From positions 6,944,001-7,008,000 of the forward strand of contig CM022676.1 of assembly GCA_012295275.1 (NCBI GenBank): DNA of 64,000 nt. Direction: 5' to 3'. Below are positions 63,700-64,000 of the stretch, piece by piece. Every line of letters starts with the position of its first letter. The stretch's first letter is position 1. A program made the position numbers and the translations under genes. Below the pieces are notes generated by a model. It ran no database searches and had not been told where the DNA came from. It was given only the letters and a program-made list of their open reading frames with translations. The DNA is from Chrysomallon squamiferum. Lineage: Eukaryota > Animalia > Mollusca.

Positions 63700-64000
63700 T
63701 ATTCCTATATTCATTTGTTTGTTTGTTTGTTTATTTGTTTGTTTACTTCCATCCATCAATTCATTCATCAATTTGTCCATTTTCCTTTTCATACATTCAT
63801 CTGTTCCTCCATCATTCATTTATTCATTCATTCATCCATCCTTCCGTCTGGCCATCATCCACCCATACATTCATCCATTTATCCATTCTTTTATACATTC
63901 CATTCGTCCATCTATTCATTCATTCATTCATTCATCAATTCATCCATCCATCCATTCATTCATTTCTCCAGTCATTCATTTACCCATCCTTCTGTTCATC
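63700..64000. repeat. (CATT)/(CCAT)n low-complexity tract
   Basis: Direct inspection. Confidence 0.85.

Overview
AT-rich, microsatellite-dense, intron-containing animal genomic DNA. It is probably an invertebrate, and the repeat style suggests a gastropod mollusc (inference). Five protein-coding genes were reconstructed by hand from splice sites and translation. (1) The 3' end of an uncharacterised SPFH/band-7-like coiled-coil gene (+, 1-1909), with an apparent 1-nt frameshift in its last exon. (2) Mitochondrial ATP synthase coupling factor 6, ATP5PF/ATP5J (-, CDS 6555-4375). (3) The ETS factor GABPA (+, CDS 12075-19507, 10 coding exons, 451 aa). (4) A neural bHLH gene of the NHLH1/2 (HEN/NSCL, HLH4C) family (+, 56680-57054), preceded by a ~32-kb gene desert with CpG-rich, motif-rich islands and a TATA/CCAAT promoter at ~43.2 kb. 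(5) The 5' end of IFT46 (+, from 60727). Highlights: the divergent ATP5PF-GABPA pair known from mammals is present here, with a GABP site in the shared upstream region. Local tandem duplications repeatedly copy splice junctions, often with the splice dinucleotide destroyed. CpG-poor gene bodies alternate with a CpG-rich regulatory domain. Almost all other ORFs in the supplied track are microsatellite artefacts. No rRNA, tRNA, CRISPR array or autonomous transposon was recognised.
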